This document shows positions 9,875-20,149 of a DNA stretch of 64,000 bases, piece by piece. A model generated the notes under the pieces. It searched no databases, was not told where the DNA came from, and saw only the letters and a program-made list of their open reading frames with translations. The first letter of the stretch is position 1, and the number at the start of each line of letters is the position of its first letter. Source of the DNA: Phycisphaerae bacterium (GTDB lineage: Bacteria; Planctomycetota; Phycisphaerae; WQYP01). The translations under genes were made by a program, and so were the position numbers. The stretch lies in the NCBI GenBank assembly GCA_051955985.1, contig JBQCGD010000168.1:6777-70776 (forward strand), read 5' to 3'.

Positions 9875-9896
9875 TACCCCCGGAGGAGTGTAAACG

Positions 9897-11411
9897 ATGG
9901 TTGAAACCCAGCCTGCGGAAATCTGGTTTCTTACCGGCAGCCAGCACCTGTACGGTCCGGAGACACTGCGCACGGTCGCGGCACACTCCCAGGAGATTGT
10001 TGATAGCCTTAACTCCAGCGGCAATCTGCCCTTATCGCTTGTTTTCAAGCCGGTGCTGAAGTCGCCGGAAGAGATTTACAAGGTATGCCAGGAGGCGAAT
10101 GCCTCGGCGGAGTGTGCGGGGGTGGTGTTGTGGATGCACACGTTCTCGCCATCGAAGATGTGGATTCGCGGGTTGAGCCTGTTGAACAAGCCGATGCTGC
10201 ACCTGCACACGCAGTTCAACCGGGATCTTCCCTGGGGGGAGATCGACATGGACTTCATGAATCTCAACCAGGCCGCGCACGGGGACCGGGAGGCGGGGCA
10301 CATCCACACGCGGTTGCGGCTGAACCGGAAAGTGGTGGTGGGGCACTGGTCAGAAGCGGAAGTGCAGCAACGGATGGCGTCATGGTCGCGCGCGGCGCGG
10401 GCGCATCATGATCTGCAGGGGGCGAAGTTTGCGCGGTTCGGCGACAACATGCGCTACGTGGCGGTGACGGATGGGAACAAGGTTTCCGCCGAGGCGAAGT
10501 TCGGATTTGAAGTGAATGGATACGGGGTGGGGGACCTGGTGCGGACGGCGACGGAGATTTCGGAAACGGCCATCACGAAGCTGTGCGATGAGTACGAAGC
10601 GCGCTACGAGGTGATGAAGGACCTGCGCAAGAATGGTGCGCGGCATGCGTCGCTGCGGGAGGGGGCGCGGATCGAGTTGGCGCTGCGGCAGTTCCTGACG
10701 AGCGGGAAGTTCAAGGGGTTCACGACGACGTTTGAAGATCTGAACGGGCTGCGGCAGTTGCCGGGGCTGGCGGTGCAGCGGTTGATGGCGGAGGGATATG
10801 GATTCGGGGCGGAAGGGGACTGGAAGACGGCGGCGCTGGTTCGGGCGATGAAAGTGATGGGGGACGGCCTGCCGGGCGGGACGTCGTTCATGGAAGACTA
10901 CACGTATCACCTGGATCCGAAGAATCCGCTGGTGCTTGGTGCGCACATGCTGGAAGTGTGCGAATCGATTGCGGCGGAGAAACCGAAGCTCGAGATTCAC
11001 CGGTTGGGGATCGGCGGGAAGGAAGATCCGGTGCGGCTGGTGTTTGATGCGGGGACGGGTCCGGCGATCAATGCGTCGCTGGTGGACCTGGGGAACCGCT
11101 TCCGGCTGCTGGTGCACGAAGTGGAAGCGGTGAAGGTGCCGGCGGCGATGGAGAAGCTGCCGGTGGCGCGGGCGGTGTGGAAGAACAAGCCGGACTTCAA
11201 GACGGGTTGTGCAGCGTGGATCCTGGCGGGCGGCGCGCATCACACGGGGTTCAGCCTTGCGGTGACGAGCGAGCAGATCGAGGATTTCGCGACGATGTTC
11301 GGGGTGGAACTGGTCGTGATCGACGACAAGACGGAGATCCGCTCGTTCCAGAGCCAGTTGCGGAGCAACGAGGTGTACTACCACCTGGCGCCGGGGCTGG
11401 GTAACCTGTAA
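9897..11411 (+). CDS. araA: L-arabinose isomerase
   Basis: Full-length 504 aa with the canonical AraA N-terminus ([17 protein letters not shown]) and C-terminal block (GGAHHTGFS). A GGAGGA RBS lies 8 nt upstream. Confidence 0.95.
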   Translation: MVETQPAEIWFLTGSQHLYGPETLRTVAAHSQEIVDSLNSSGNLPLSLVFKPVLKSPEEIYKVCQEANASAECAGVVLWMHTFSPSKMWIRGLSLLNKPMLHLHTQFNRDLPWGEIDMDFMNLNQAAHGDREAGHIHTRLRLNRKVVVGHWSEAEVQQRMASWSRAARAHHDLQGAKFARFGDNMRYVAVTDGNKVSAEAKFGFEVNGYGVGDLVRTATEISETAITKLCDEYEARYEVMKDLRKNGARHASLREGARIELALRQFLTSGKFKGFTTTFEDLNGLRQLPGLAVQRLMAEGYGFGAEGDWKTAALVRAMKVMGDGLPGGTSFMEDYTYHLDPKNPLVLGAHMLEVCESIAAEKPKLEIHRLGIGGKEDPVRLVFDAGTGPAINASLVDLGNRFRLLVHEVEAVKVPAAMEKLPVARAVWKNKPDFKTGCAAWILAGGAHHTGFSLAVTSEQIEDFATMFGVELVVIDDKTEIRSFQSQLRSNEVYYHLAPGLGNL

Positions 11412-11476
11412 CACGCAGCAAGTGGCGGGCAGCACGAGAAAAGCCAGAGCAGGACAATTCAGGGCGGAAGAAATCC

Positions 11477-13147
11477 ATGGCACGTTATTCCATCGGGCTC
11501 GATTACGGTACCAACAGTGTTCGCGCGCTGCTGGTGAACGTCGACAATGGGCAGGTTGTTTCGTCCGCGATTTATGACTACACCCGCGGGACGGCGGGGG
11601 TGGTGCTGGATCAGAAGGATCCGAACCTGGCGCGGCAGCACCCGTCGGACTACATCGACGGGGCGACGATCACGATCAGGAAGGTGCTGGAGGGCGGAGC
11701 GGCGAAGGGGGTGAAGGGGACGGAGGTGGTGGGGATCGGTATCGACACGACGGGGAGCACGCCGATGCCGGTGGATGCGTCGGGGACGCCGCTGGCGCTG
11801 TTGCCGCAGTTTGCGAACAATCCGAATGCGATGGCGTGGCTGTGGAAAGATCACACGTCGCACGCGGAAGCGTCGGAGATCACGGCGGTGGCGTCAAAGA
11901 TGCGGCCGCAGTACCTGGCGAAGTGCGGGGGGAAGTATTCGTCGGAATGGTTCTGGGCGAAGATTCTGCATTGCTCGCGCGTTGCGCCGGACGTGTTTGA
12001 AGCGGCGGCGACGTGGGTGGAGATTGCGGACTGGATTCCGGCGGTGCTGTGCGGGACGACGGCGCCTTCGCAGATTCAGCGCGGCATCTGCGCGGCGGGG
12101 CACAAGGCGTTTTATCATGAATCGTGGGGCGGGTATCCGGATGCGGAATTCATCAAGGCGCTCGATCCGCGTCTGGAGCGGGTGCGGGAAAGCCTGCCGG
12201 CGAAGGTGTATACGGTTGCGCATAAAGCGGGCGGGTTGTCAGCGCAGTGGGCGGATCGCCTGGGGCTGCCGGCGGGGACGCCGGTGGCGGTGGGGGCGTT
12301 TGACGTGCATTTGGGGGCGATCGGCGCGGGGATTCGGCCGGGGACGCTGGTGAAGATCATGGGGACGTCGACATGCGACCTGATGATTTCGCCGACGAGC
12401 GAGGCGCTGGCGGACATACCGGGGCTGTGCGGGATCGTGCCGGAATCGGTGATGCCGAGTTTTTACGGGATGGAGGCGGGGCAGTCGGCGGTGGGGGACA
12501 TTTTCAACTGGTTTGTGCAGATCATTCAGCCGGGCGGGGAAAAAGGCTCTCACACTGTCCTCACTCAGCAAGCCGCTGCCCTCCGTCCAGGCGGCAGCGG
12601 CTTGCTCTCCCTTGACTGGCACAATGGGAACCGGACGGTGCTGGTGGATCAGCGGCTGACGGGGGCGATCCTGGGGCTGACGCTGCACACGACGCCGGCG
12701 GAGATTTACCGGGCCTTGATCGAGGCGACGGCGTTCGGGGCGCGGGTGATCGTGGAGCGGTTTGAAGAGTTCGGCGTGCACGTGCGGGAGGTGATCTGCG
12801 GCGGGGGGATCGCGGTGAAGAACCCGATGGCGATGCAGATTTACGCGGATGTCATGGGGCGGCCGATCGTGATTTCGAGCAGCGACCAGACGTGTGCGCT
12901 GGGGTCGGCGATTGCGGCGGCGGTGGTGGGCGGGTCGCATTCCGGATTTCCGAAAGCGGTGGGGGCGATGGTGGCGAAGCCTGCGGCGATCTATAACCCG
13001 GAGCCGAAGGATGTGGCGACGTACGAGAAGCTGTATCGGCTGTACCGGCGGCTGCACGATGCGTTCGGGGTGGAGGGGACGTGCGAGAATCTTGCGGACG
13101 TGATGAAGCAACTGCTCGCGATTCGTGATGAAGCGAGGGCTCACTGA
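11477..13147 (+). CDS. araB: Ribulokinase (FGGY carbohydrate kinase family)
   Basis: N-terminus YSIGLDYGTNSVRALLV. FGGY motifs are present. 556 aa, typical AraB size. Position between araA and araD. Confidence 0.9.
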   Translation: MARYSIGLDYGTNSVRALLVNVDNGQVVSSAIYDYTRGTAGVVLDQKDPNLARQHPSDYIDGATITIRKVLEGGAAKGVKGTEVVGIGIDTTGSTPMPVDASGTPLALLPQFANNPNAMAWLWKDHTSHAEASEITAVASKMRPQYLAKCGGKYSSEWFWAKILHCSRVAPDVFEAAATWVEIADWIPAVLCGTTAPSQIQRGICAAGHKAFYHESWGGYPDAEFIKALDPRLERVRESLPAKVYTVAHKAGGLSAQWADRLGLPAGTPVAVGAFDVHLGAIGAGIRPGTLVKIMGTSTCDLMISPTSEALADIPGLCGIVPESVMPSFYGMEAGQSAVGDIFNWFVQIIQPGGEKGSHTVLTQQAAALRPGGSGLLSLDWHNGNRTVLVDQRLTGAILGLTLHTTPAEIYRALIEATAFGARVIVERFEEFGVHVREVICGGGIAVKNPMAMQIYADVMGRPIVISSSDQTCALGSAIAAAVVGGSHSGFPKAVGAMVAKPAAIYNPEPKDVATYEKLYRLYRRLHDAFGVEGTCENLADVMKQLLAIRDEARAH

Positions 13148-13148
13148 G

Positions 13149-13853
13149 ATGTCGTACACGGCGCTGAAGGAAGCGGTCTTTGAAGCGAACCTGGCCATCG
13201 TGGAAGCGGGGCTGGTGGTGCTGACGTGGGGGAATGCGAGCGGGGTGGACCGCGCGGCGGGGATCATGGCGATCAAGCCGAGCGGGGTGGCGTATGACGT
13301 GCTGAAGCCGGCGGACATGGTGCTGGTGTCGCTGGAGACGGGGAAGGTTGTGGATTCGACGAGCCGGCCTTCGTCGGACACGCCGACGCACCTGGAGCTT
13401 TACCGGCATTTTTCGAACATCGGGGGGATCGTGCACACGCACTCGCGGTTTGCCACGTGTTTCGCGCAGGCGCACCAGACGGTTGCGTGCCTGGGGACGA
13501 CGCATGCGGACCACTTTCGGGGGACGGTGCCGGTGACGCGGGCGCTGACGACGGCGGAGATCGAGGGGGATTACGAGTTGAACACGGGGACGGTGATCGT
13601 TGAGACGTTCCGGAAGGGGAATATCGATCCGGATGAAGTGCCGGCGGTGCTGGTGGCGAACCATGCGCCGTTCACGTGGGGGAAGACGCCGGCGAAGGCG
13701 GTGGAGAACTCGATTGTGCTGGAAGTGGTGGCACAGATGAACATGTGCACGTTCCAGATCAATGCCCAGGCAGCGGAAGCGCCGCGGAACCTGGTGGACA
13801 AGCATTTCCTGCGGAAGCATGGCCCGAAGGCGTATTACGGGCAGGCGAAGTAA
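13149..13853 (+). CDS. araD: L-ribulose-5-phosphate 4-epimerase (class II aldolase/adducin fold)
   Basis: MSYTALKEAVFEANLAIVEAGLVVLTWGNASGVDR is a classic AraD start, and the metal-binding His block HTHSRFAT is present. The ORF track begins at 13125, but the Met at 13149 abuts the araB stop. Confidence 0.9.
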   Translation: MSYTALKEAVFEANLAIVEAGLVVLTWGNASGVDRAAGIMAIKPSGVAYDVLKPADMVLVSLETGKVVDSTSRPSSDTPTHLELYRHFSNIGGIVHTHSRFATCFAQAHQTVACLGTTHADHFRGTVPVTRALTTAEIEGDYELNTGTVIVETFRKGNIDPDEVPAVLVANHAPFTWGKTPAKAVENSIVLEVVAQMNMCTFQINAQAAEAPRNLVDKHFLRKHGPKAYYGQAK

Positions 13854-13944
13854 AAAACGTTCATTATCGATAGCGAAGTCATTGTTGCGGGTGCGGTGGA
13901 GGAACGGGTGCCGGCGTTGCGGCATTTCCGGCGAGGCCGTGCGC

Positions 13945-14916
13945 TCAGGCGCTGCGTGTGATCTTGTACATGGCGGACGAGGTGGCGAGGTGAAGGTTTT
14001 CGGCGGCGGAGCGGCAGAGACCGAGGAAGGTTTGCTCGGCGATGGAGAGTTGGCGTGTTGAACGGCAGGCGACGGCCCAGTGGCGGCGGAGGATGGGGCC
14101 GGGCATTTTGAGCCAGACGAGGGAGCCCTGTTCGATTTCAGGCGCGGCGATCCACGGGGCGACGACGCTGATGCCGAGGCCGAGTTTGACGAGTTCCTTG
14201 ATTGCCTCCATGGAGCCGAGCTCGGTGAACTTGCGGAGGGGCGCCTGGAGTTTGAGGAGGTACTGCTCAATGGTGCGGAAGGTTGCGGAGGTGCGGGTGT
14301 AGAGGACGAAGTGCTGGGAGTCGATTTCGCGGCGATCGACCTTGCGGGCGCGGGCCCAGGGGTGGAGGGGGCTGACGAGGAAACCGAGGTCATCGGAAAA
14401 GAGTTCGTGGAAGACGAGGCGTTTTTCACGGGCGGTGCGGATGAGAATGCCGAGGTCGATGGTTCCATCGATGACTTGCTGGGCGACGGCGGGGGAATCT
14501 GCGACGGCGATGGCGAGTTCGAATTCGGGGTAGCTTTCGCGGAATTCGCGGAGCGCTTCGGGGATGAGGTATTGGCAAGCGGCGGGGGAGGCGCCGATGC
14601 GGAGGGATCCGGTGCCGGGCCTGGTGGCGCGTTTGACGGCTTCGTCTGCGGCATCGAGCGCGGCGAAGACGCGGGCGGCGTGTTCGGTAAGGACGCGGCC
14701 GGCCTCGGTGAGGGAAATCTTTTTTCCTTCCCGACGAAGGAGGGGGGCGCCGAGTTCCTCCTCGAGGGCGGCGACCTGGTGGCTGACCGCGGATTGGGTC
14801 AGGAAGAGGGCTTCCGCCGCGCGCGTGAAGCTTAAATGTTGGGCAACGGCGGCGAAGATCCGGAGTTTGTGCACATCCTGCATGCAGTCACCATGAACAG
14901 GATTCATGGTAACCAT
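13945..14916 (-). CDS. LysR family transcriptional regulator
   Basis: N-terminal HTH LRIFAAVAQHLSFTRAAEALFLTQSAVSHQVAALEEELG and a LysR substrate-binding domain. Divergent from the nitrate assimilation genes. Confidence 0.85.
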   Translation of the reverse strand: MVTMNPVHGDCMQDVHKLRIFAAVAQHLSFTRAAEALFLTQSAVSHQVAALEEELGAPLLRREGKKISLTEAGRVLTEHAARVFAALDAADEAVKRATRPGTGSLRIGASPAACQYLIPEALREFRESYPEFELAIAVADSPAVAQQVIDGTIDLGILIRTAREKRLVFHELFSDDLGFLVSPLHPWARARKVDRREIDSQHFVLYTRTSATFRTIEQYLLKLQAPLRKFTELGSMEAIKELVKLGLGISVVAPWIAAPEIEQGSLVWLKMPGPILRRHWAVACRSTRQLSIAEQTFLGLCRSAAENLHLATSSAMYKITRSA

Positions 14917-15048
14917 TTTTGTTATGAATTTCCATCATGAAGCCTCCGGTTGCATACTCAGGGACGGCGTAACAAGGAGGTGCGGGTGTTCGCACGGGCA
15001 GGTGTTATTGGATCGTGCGACTTCCGTGGCCGCAGATGGAAGCTGCAA

Positions 15049-16248
15049 ATGCAGGGATCGCTACTGAAGATTGGTTTCGTGCCGCTGATTGATGCGGCTC
15101 CCCTGATCGCCGCCTGGGAGCAGGGCTATTTCCGGGAGGAAGGGCTGCAGGTGTCGCTGCACCGGCAGATCGGGTGGGCGAACATCCGCGACAAGCTTTC
15201 CTACGGGCAATTGGATGCGGGGCACGCGCTGCTGGGGATGCCGATCGCGAGCCACCTTGGGCGGGATTCGTTCAGCGAACCGCTGGTGGCGCTGATGGCG
15301 CTGGGGGCAGGCGGGAATGCGATCACGATCCGCAAGGCTCTTTACGACCAGGGGGCGAGTTCGGCGGCGAGCCTGGCGACGCTGATGAAATCACAGCCGC
15401 GGTTTTCGCGCCCTGTGGTGGGGCATGTGTTTCCGTCGTCGATGCATCATTACCTGCTGCGGGAGTGGCTTTCGTCGGCGGGGATCGATCCGGATCGTGA
15501 CGTGAAGATGTGCATCATCCCGCCGCCGCAGATGACGGATCACATGCGGGGCGGGTATGTGGATTTGTTCTGCGTGGGGGAGCCGTGGAACACGCTTGCG
15601 ACGCGGCAGGGGCACGGGGTCCCGATCGTGGCGACCACGGACATTCTTCCGCAGCATCCGGAAAAGGTGCTGGCGGTTTCGAAGCGTTTTCTGGAGGGGA
15701 AAGGGGATCTGCTGGCGTCGCTGGTACGGGCAACGCTGCGCGGGTGTTTGTGGTGCGAAGCGCCGGCGAATCGGAAGACGCTGGCGGAGATGCTTTCCGG
15801 AGAGAAGTATCTGGCCCAGCCGCGGGAGCTGCTCGAGGAAAGTCTGTCGATCGACAGCACGTTCGGCTGCAGCAAGCAGCAGAAGAACGCCCGGCCACGC
15901 AACTGGACGCTTCGCAGCTTTTCGGTCGATGAGACTTTTCCCAACAAGATGCATCCGGCGTGGATGCTTCGGCAGATGATCCGCTGGGGGCATCTGCATG
16001 GGCAGGCGGACATCAGGGGGATCGCGGAGCGGTGCGTTGAGACGCGGCCGTACCGCGAGGCGGCGGCATCCCTGGGGATCGACTGCCCGCCGGAGGACTT
16101 TCAAGCGATGCCGCTGCGTCACAACCGCAGCTTTACCCTGGACGATCCTGTTGAAACGAACCGGAAGGCGCCTGCCGCAGGAAGCATTTTTGCTGAAGCA
16201 AACAGTCGCGCAAACCAAGCAGTTGCTCAAACGAAGGTCATTTTATGA
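15049..16248 (+). CDS. NrtA/NMT1-like nitrate/nitrite-binding protein without signal peptide (possible cytoplasmic NasS-like sensor)
   Basis: The KIGFVPLIDAAPLIAAWEQGYF block is typical of NrtA/CmpA/SsuA-like periplasmic-binding folds. The N-terminus is not hydrophobic. No ABC permease or ATPase partner is present in the cluster. The Met at 15049 was chosen; the ORF track starts at 14950. Confidence 0.7.
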   Translation: MQGSLLKIGFVPLIDAAPLIAAWEQGYFREEGLQVSLHRQIGWANIRDKLSYGQLDAGHALLGMPIASHLGRDSFSEPLVALMALGAGGNAITIRKALYDQGASSAASLATLMKSQPRFSRPVVGHVFPSSMHHYLLREWLSSAGIDPDRDVKMCIIPPPQMTDHMRGGYVDLFCVGEPWNTLATRQGHGVPIVATTDILPQHPEKVLAVSKRFLEGKGDLLASLVRATLRGCLWCEAPANRKTLAEMLSGEKYLAQPRELLEESLSIDSTFGCSKQQKNARPRNWTLRSFSVDETFPNKMHPAWMLRQMIRWGHLHGQADIRGIAERCVETRPYREAAASLGIDCPPEDFQAMPLRHNRSFTLDDPVETNRKAPAAGSIFAEANSRANQAVAQTKVIL

Positions 16249-17594
16249 CGACGCAATCGATCGACATCAGCCCGGCGGCTTCCGCCGTGAGCAGTCCCCT
16301 GGAAGAAGCATCCGCGCGGCGGCGCATCCTGACGATTTCCACCGCCGGGTTCACGCTGCTATTCGCGGTGTGGCTGATGTTTGGAATCCTGGCGATTCCC
16401 ATCCGCAAGGAACTTCATCTCACAGAGATGGAATTCTCATGGCTTACGGCGATTGCGATTTTAAACGGGTCGATCTGGCGGCTCTCGTTCGGCATGCTGG
16501 CGGATCGCTACGGGGGGCGGCTGGTGTCGACGCTGCTGCTGCTGGTGTGCGCCATTCCCACGGCGCTGGTGGCGTACGCCCATTCGTACGCGGAGCTGCT
16601 GGTGTATGCGTTCCTGGTGGGGATTGCCGGCAATGGGTTTACGTCGGGCATTGCGTGGAATTCCGCGTGGTTTCCGAAGAAATCGCAGGGGACGGCACTG
16701 GGGATTTTCGGGGGCGGGAACGTGGGGGCGTCGCTGACGAAGATCATCGGGCCGTCGATGATCACGATGGTGCCGGCAGCGGGGTTTTCCTTGCTCGGAC
16801 TGCAACTTCCGGGGGGATGGCGGTCGATTCCGCTGCTGTACGCGGTGCTGCTGGTGATCGTGGCTGCGATCACGTGGTTCGGGACGCCGGCGGCCGATCG
16901 AAGGCCGGGACGCGGGCGCTCTTTGCGGGAACGGCTGCGGCCGCTGTCGAGCATGCGGGTGTGGCGGTTCGGGGTTTACTACGTGGTGATGTTCGGGGCG
17001 TACGTGGCGCTTTCGGTGTGGCTGCCGCGGTACTACAAGGATGTGTACGGACTGACGCTGGCGCATGCGGCACTGCTGACGGCGCTGTTTATTTTTCCGG
17101 CCTCGCTGCTGCGACCGGTGGGGGGGTACCTTTCGGATCGATTTGGCCCGCGGCGGGCGATGTATGCCGTGTTTTCGCTGATGACCATCATTGCGTTCGT
17201 CCTGGCCATGCCGCCGTTTCAGATCAGCCTTGAGGGCTCGGCGCACACGTTTCATTTTCAATTGAGCGTGTCGGCGTTTGCCTCTCTGGTCTTCCTGCTG
17301 GGCGTGGGGATGGGGGTCGGCAAGGCGGCTGTGTACAAATACATCCCCGAATACTTCCCGCAGGATGTGGGTGCGGTGGGGGGGCTGGTGGGCCTGCTTG
17401 GGGGGCTTGGCGGGTTCTTTCTGCCGCCGCTGTTTGCGTATGCAGAAGCGGTGACGCACCTTCCGCAGATGACGTTTGGCGTGGTGTTTCTTGTGACGGC
17501 GGCTTCGTTCCTGTGGCTGCACCTGGTGGTCCTGCGGATTGTGCGGAAGGCCGCGCCGGAGGTCCAGGCGCAGTTTGAGATGCAGGCTGCCTGA
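16245..17594 (+). CDS. narK: MFS nitrate/nitrite transporter (NarK/NrtP family)
   Basis: 12-TM MFS with NarK-like signature regions. ATGA overlap with the upstream gene. Confidence 0.85.
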   Translation: MTTQSIDISPAASAVSSPLEEASARRRILTISTAGFTLLFAVWLMFGILAIPIRKELHLTEMEFSWLTAIAILNGSIWRLSFGMLADRYGGRLVSTLLLLVCAIPTALVAYAHSYAELLVYAFLVGIAGNGFTSGIAWNSAWFPKKSQGTALGIFGGGNVGASLTKIIGPSMITMVPAAGFSLLGLQLPGGWRSIPLLYAVLLVIVAAITWFGTPAADRRPGRGRSLRERLRPLSSMRVWRFGVYYVVMFGAYVALSVWLPRYYKDVYGLTLAHAALLTALFIFPASLLRPVGGYLSDRFGPRRAMYAVFSLMTIIAFVLAMPPFQISLEGSAHTFHFQLSVSAFASLVFLLGVGMGVGKAAVYKYIPEYFPQDVGAVGGLVGLLGGLGGFFLPPLFAYAEAVTHLPQMTFGVVFLVTAASFLWLHLVVLRIVRKAAPEVQAQFEMQAA

Positions 17595-17638
17595 AGAAGC
17601 GACTGGACTGGACTTATTTCTGACTTCGTGGTGAAAAC

Positions 17639-20110
17639 ATGATTCGACCTGAAACACAAAAGCTCGTGATCCTTGGCAACGGCATGGCGGGGGCCCGCGT
17701 TGCGGAGGAGATCCTTCAGCGGGCGCCCGGCGCCTTCAACATCACGATGATCGGGGCGGAGCCGCACGGGAACTACAACCGCATCCTGCTCTCGAACATT
17801 CTGAACGGCTCTCAGACGGCGGAAGAGATCACCCTCAATTCGCTGGAGTGGTACAAGGACAACGGCATTCACTTGATCGCGGGTATGCCGGCGATTGGGA
17901 TTTCGCTGGCGAAGCGGACGGTGAATCTTCTGGACGGCCGGCAGATCCCGTTTGAAAAACTGATCATGGCGACGGGGTCGCGTCCGTTTGTACCGCAGAT
18001 CCCGGGCATCGATCTGTACGGCGTGTATACGTTCCGCACGCTCGAGGACTGCACGTCGATTGCGAAGTTCGCGAAGAAATCGAGGGTGGCGGCGGTGATC
18101 GGCGGCGGCCTGCTGGGACTGGAAGCGGCGAAGGGGCTGATGACGCATGGCCCGGCGGTGCACATCGTGGAGATGGCGCCGCACCTGATGGCGGTGCAGG
18201 TAGATCCTGCGGGCGGCGCCATCCTGGGGAAAACGATTGCGGGGCTGGGGGCGGTTGCCCACACGAACAAGGCCACGGTGGAGATTCTTTCGGATGCGGG
18301 TTCGCGGGTGCGTGCGCTTAAGTTCAAGGACGGCACGGAACTGGCTTGCGACATGGTGGTGATTTCGGCGGGCATTCGGCCGAACCTGGAACTTGCGCGC
18401 GAGGCGGGGCTTCCGACGGAACGGGCGATCCTGGTGGATGACCAGATGCTGACGAGCGACCCGGATGTATATGCCGTCGGCGAATGCGCGCAACACCGGG
18501 GCAAGTGTTACGGGCTGGTTGCCCCGATCTACGACCAGTGCAAGGTGGTGGCGGACCACTTGGCGTCGACGAATCCGGGCGCGGCGTACACGGGGTCGTT
18601 TATTGCGACGAAGCTGAAGGTCATGGGCGTGAATGTCGCATCGATGGGCGAACGGGATGAGCAGCCCACGGATGAAGTGGTTCGCTATCAGGAGCCGGAC
18701 GCCGCTGGCGGCGGAATCTACAAGAAGCTGATCATCCGGAAGAACAAGCTGGTGGGGGCGATTCTGGTGGGGGATACCGATTCGTATGAGGACCTTGCGG
18801 CGAAGCTGAAGGGGCAGGCGGATTTGCCGAAGCGGCGTGCGGACCTGCTTTTTTCGCCGGCGGAGAGCGTGTGTTCGACGGAGTTTTCGCTGGCGGCGAT
18901 GCCGGACGACAAGCAGATCTGCGATTGCAATGGGGTTTGCAAGGGGAAGATTGTCGAGGCGGTCAAGGCGGGGAAAACGACGGTGCAGGCGGTGGGGAAG
19001 GCGACGCGCGCGGGGACGGGGTGCGGCTCGTGTAAGAAAATGGTGAAGTCGCTGATCGAAGCAGTGGCGGGAGAGGTGAAGGCCGATCCGTCGGAGGCTT
19101 TTTATGTCCCGGCGATTCCGATGGACAAGCCAATGCTGACGGCGGAAATCCGGAAGCGCGGGCTGCGTGCGGTTTCGCACGTAATGGAAGCGCTGGCGAC
19201 GAAAGAGGATGAGAAATCGAAGATGGGGCTGGCGATTCTACTGCGGGCGATCTGGGGCCGGGAGTACATCGATGAACGGGATTGCCGTTTCGTGAATGAC
19301 CGCCTGCATGGGAACATCCAGAAGGATGGGACGTTCTCGGTGATTCCGCGCATTTATGGCGGCGTCACAACGGCGGACGAGCTTCTGAAGATCGCGAACG
19401 TTGCGAAAAAATATGATGTTCCGACGGTGAAGCTCACCGGGGGACAGCGGATCGATCTGCTGGGGATCAAGAAGGAAGATCTGCCGGCGGTGTGGAAAGA
19501 CCTGAACATGGTGTCGGGGTATGCGTACACCAAGGCGTTCCGGACGTGCAAGACGTGCGTGGGTTCGGAGTGGTGCCGGTTCGGGACGAATGATTCAACG
19601 GGGCTGGGGATTGCCATCGAGAAGAAGTTCCAGGGGATTGAGACGCCGGCGAAGGTGAAGATGGCGGTGTCGGGGTGCCCGCGGAACTGCGCGGAAGCGA
19701 CGACGAAGGACATCGGGATCATCGCCACGGAAGGGGGCGAGTGGGAGATCGGCATCGGCGGGGCGTGCGGGGTGAGCGTGCGCAAGTCGGAGGTGCTTTG
19801 CCGGGTGAAGTCGCAAGAGGAAGCGATCCAGATCACCGCCCGTTTTCTGCAGTATTACCAGGAGCACGCGCGGTATCTCGAGCGGACGTACGATTTTGTT
19901 CCGCGCGTCGGCATTGAAAAATTGCGTGCGCTGCTCGTGGACGATTCGGAGGGCATCTGCGCCGGCCTGGACGAGCGGGTGCAGAAGTATCTGGATGCCG
20001 TTGTGGACCCGTGGGTCACTGACACAGCACCCAACAATGGCGAGGGGGTTTACCCCGGGCAATTCGCTGCGGCGCGTTCCGTGACGCTTCCGGTTCTTCA
20101 GTCCACGTGA
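17639..20110 (+). CDS. nirB: Assimilatory nitrite reductase [NAD(P)H] large subunit
   Basis: N-terminal FAD/NAD fold KLVILGNGMAGARVAEE, a BFD-like 2Fe-2S CDCNGVC motif, and a C-terminal sirohaem/4Fe-4S region CGSEWC...SGCPRNC. 823 aa. Confidence 0.9.
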   Translation: MIRPETQKLVILGNGMAGARVAEEILQRAPGAFNITMIGAEPHGNYNRILLSNILNGSQTAEEITLNSLEWYKDNGIHLIAGMPAIGISLAKRTVNLLDGRQIPFEKLIMATGSRPFVPQIPGIDLYGVYTFRTLEDCTSIAKFAKKSRVAAVIGGGLLGLEAAKGLMTHGPAVHIVEMAPHLMAVQVDPAGGAILGKTIAGLGAVAHTNKATVEILSDAGSRVRALKFKDGTELACDMVVISAGIRPNLELAREAGLPTERAILVDDQMLTSDPDVYAVGECAQHRGKCYGLVAPIYDQCKVVADHLASTNPGAAYTGSFIATKLKVMGVNVASMGERDEQPTDEVVRYQEPDAAGGGIYKKLIIRKNKLVGAILVGDTDSYEDLAAKLKGQADLPKRRADLLFSPAESVCSTEFSLAAMPDDKQICDCNGVCKGKIVEAVKAGKTTVQAVGKATRAGTGCGSCKKMVKSLIEAVAGEVKADPSEAFYVPAIPMDKPMLTAEIRKRGLRAVSHVMEALATKEDEKSKMGLAILLRAIWGREYIDERDCRFVNDRLHGNIQKDGTFSVIPRIYGGVTTADELLKIANVAKKYDVPTVKLTGGQRIDLLGIKKEDLPAVWKDLNMVSGYAYTKAFRTCKTCVGSEWCRFGTNDSTGLGIAIEKKFQGIETPAKVKMAVSGCPRNCAEATTKDIGIIATEGGEWEIGIGGACGVSVRKSEVLCRVKSQEEAIQITARFLQYYQEHARYLERTYDFVPRVGIEKLRALLVDDSEGICAGLDERVQKYLDAVVDPWVTDTAPNNGEGVYPGQFAAARSVTLPVLQST

Positions 20111-20149
20111 TGTGTGTTTCCACAACTCGCTCTGCTCAGGAGCCCATTA

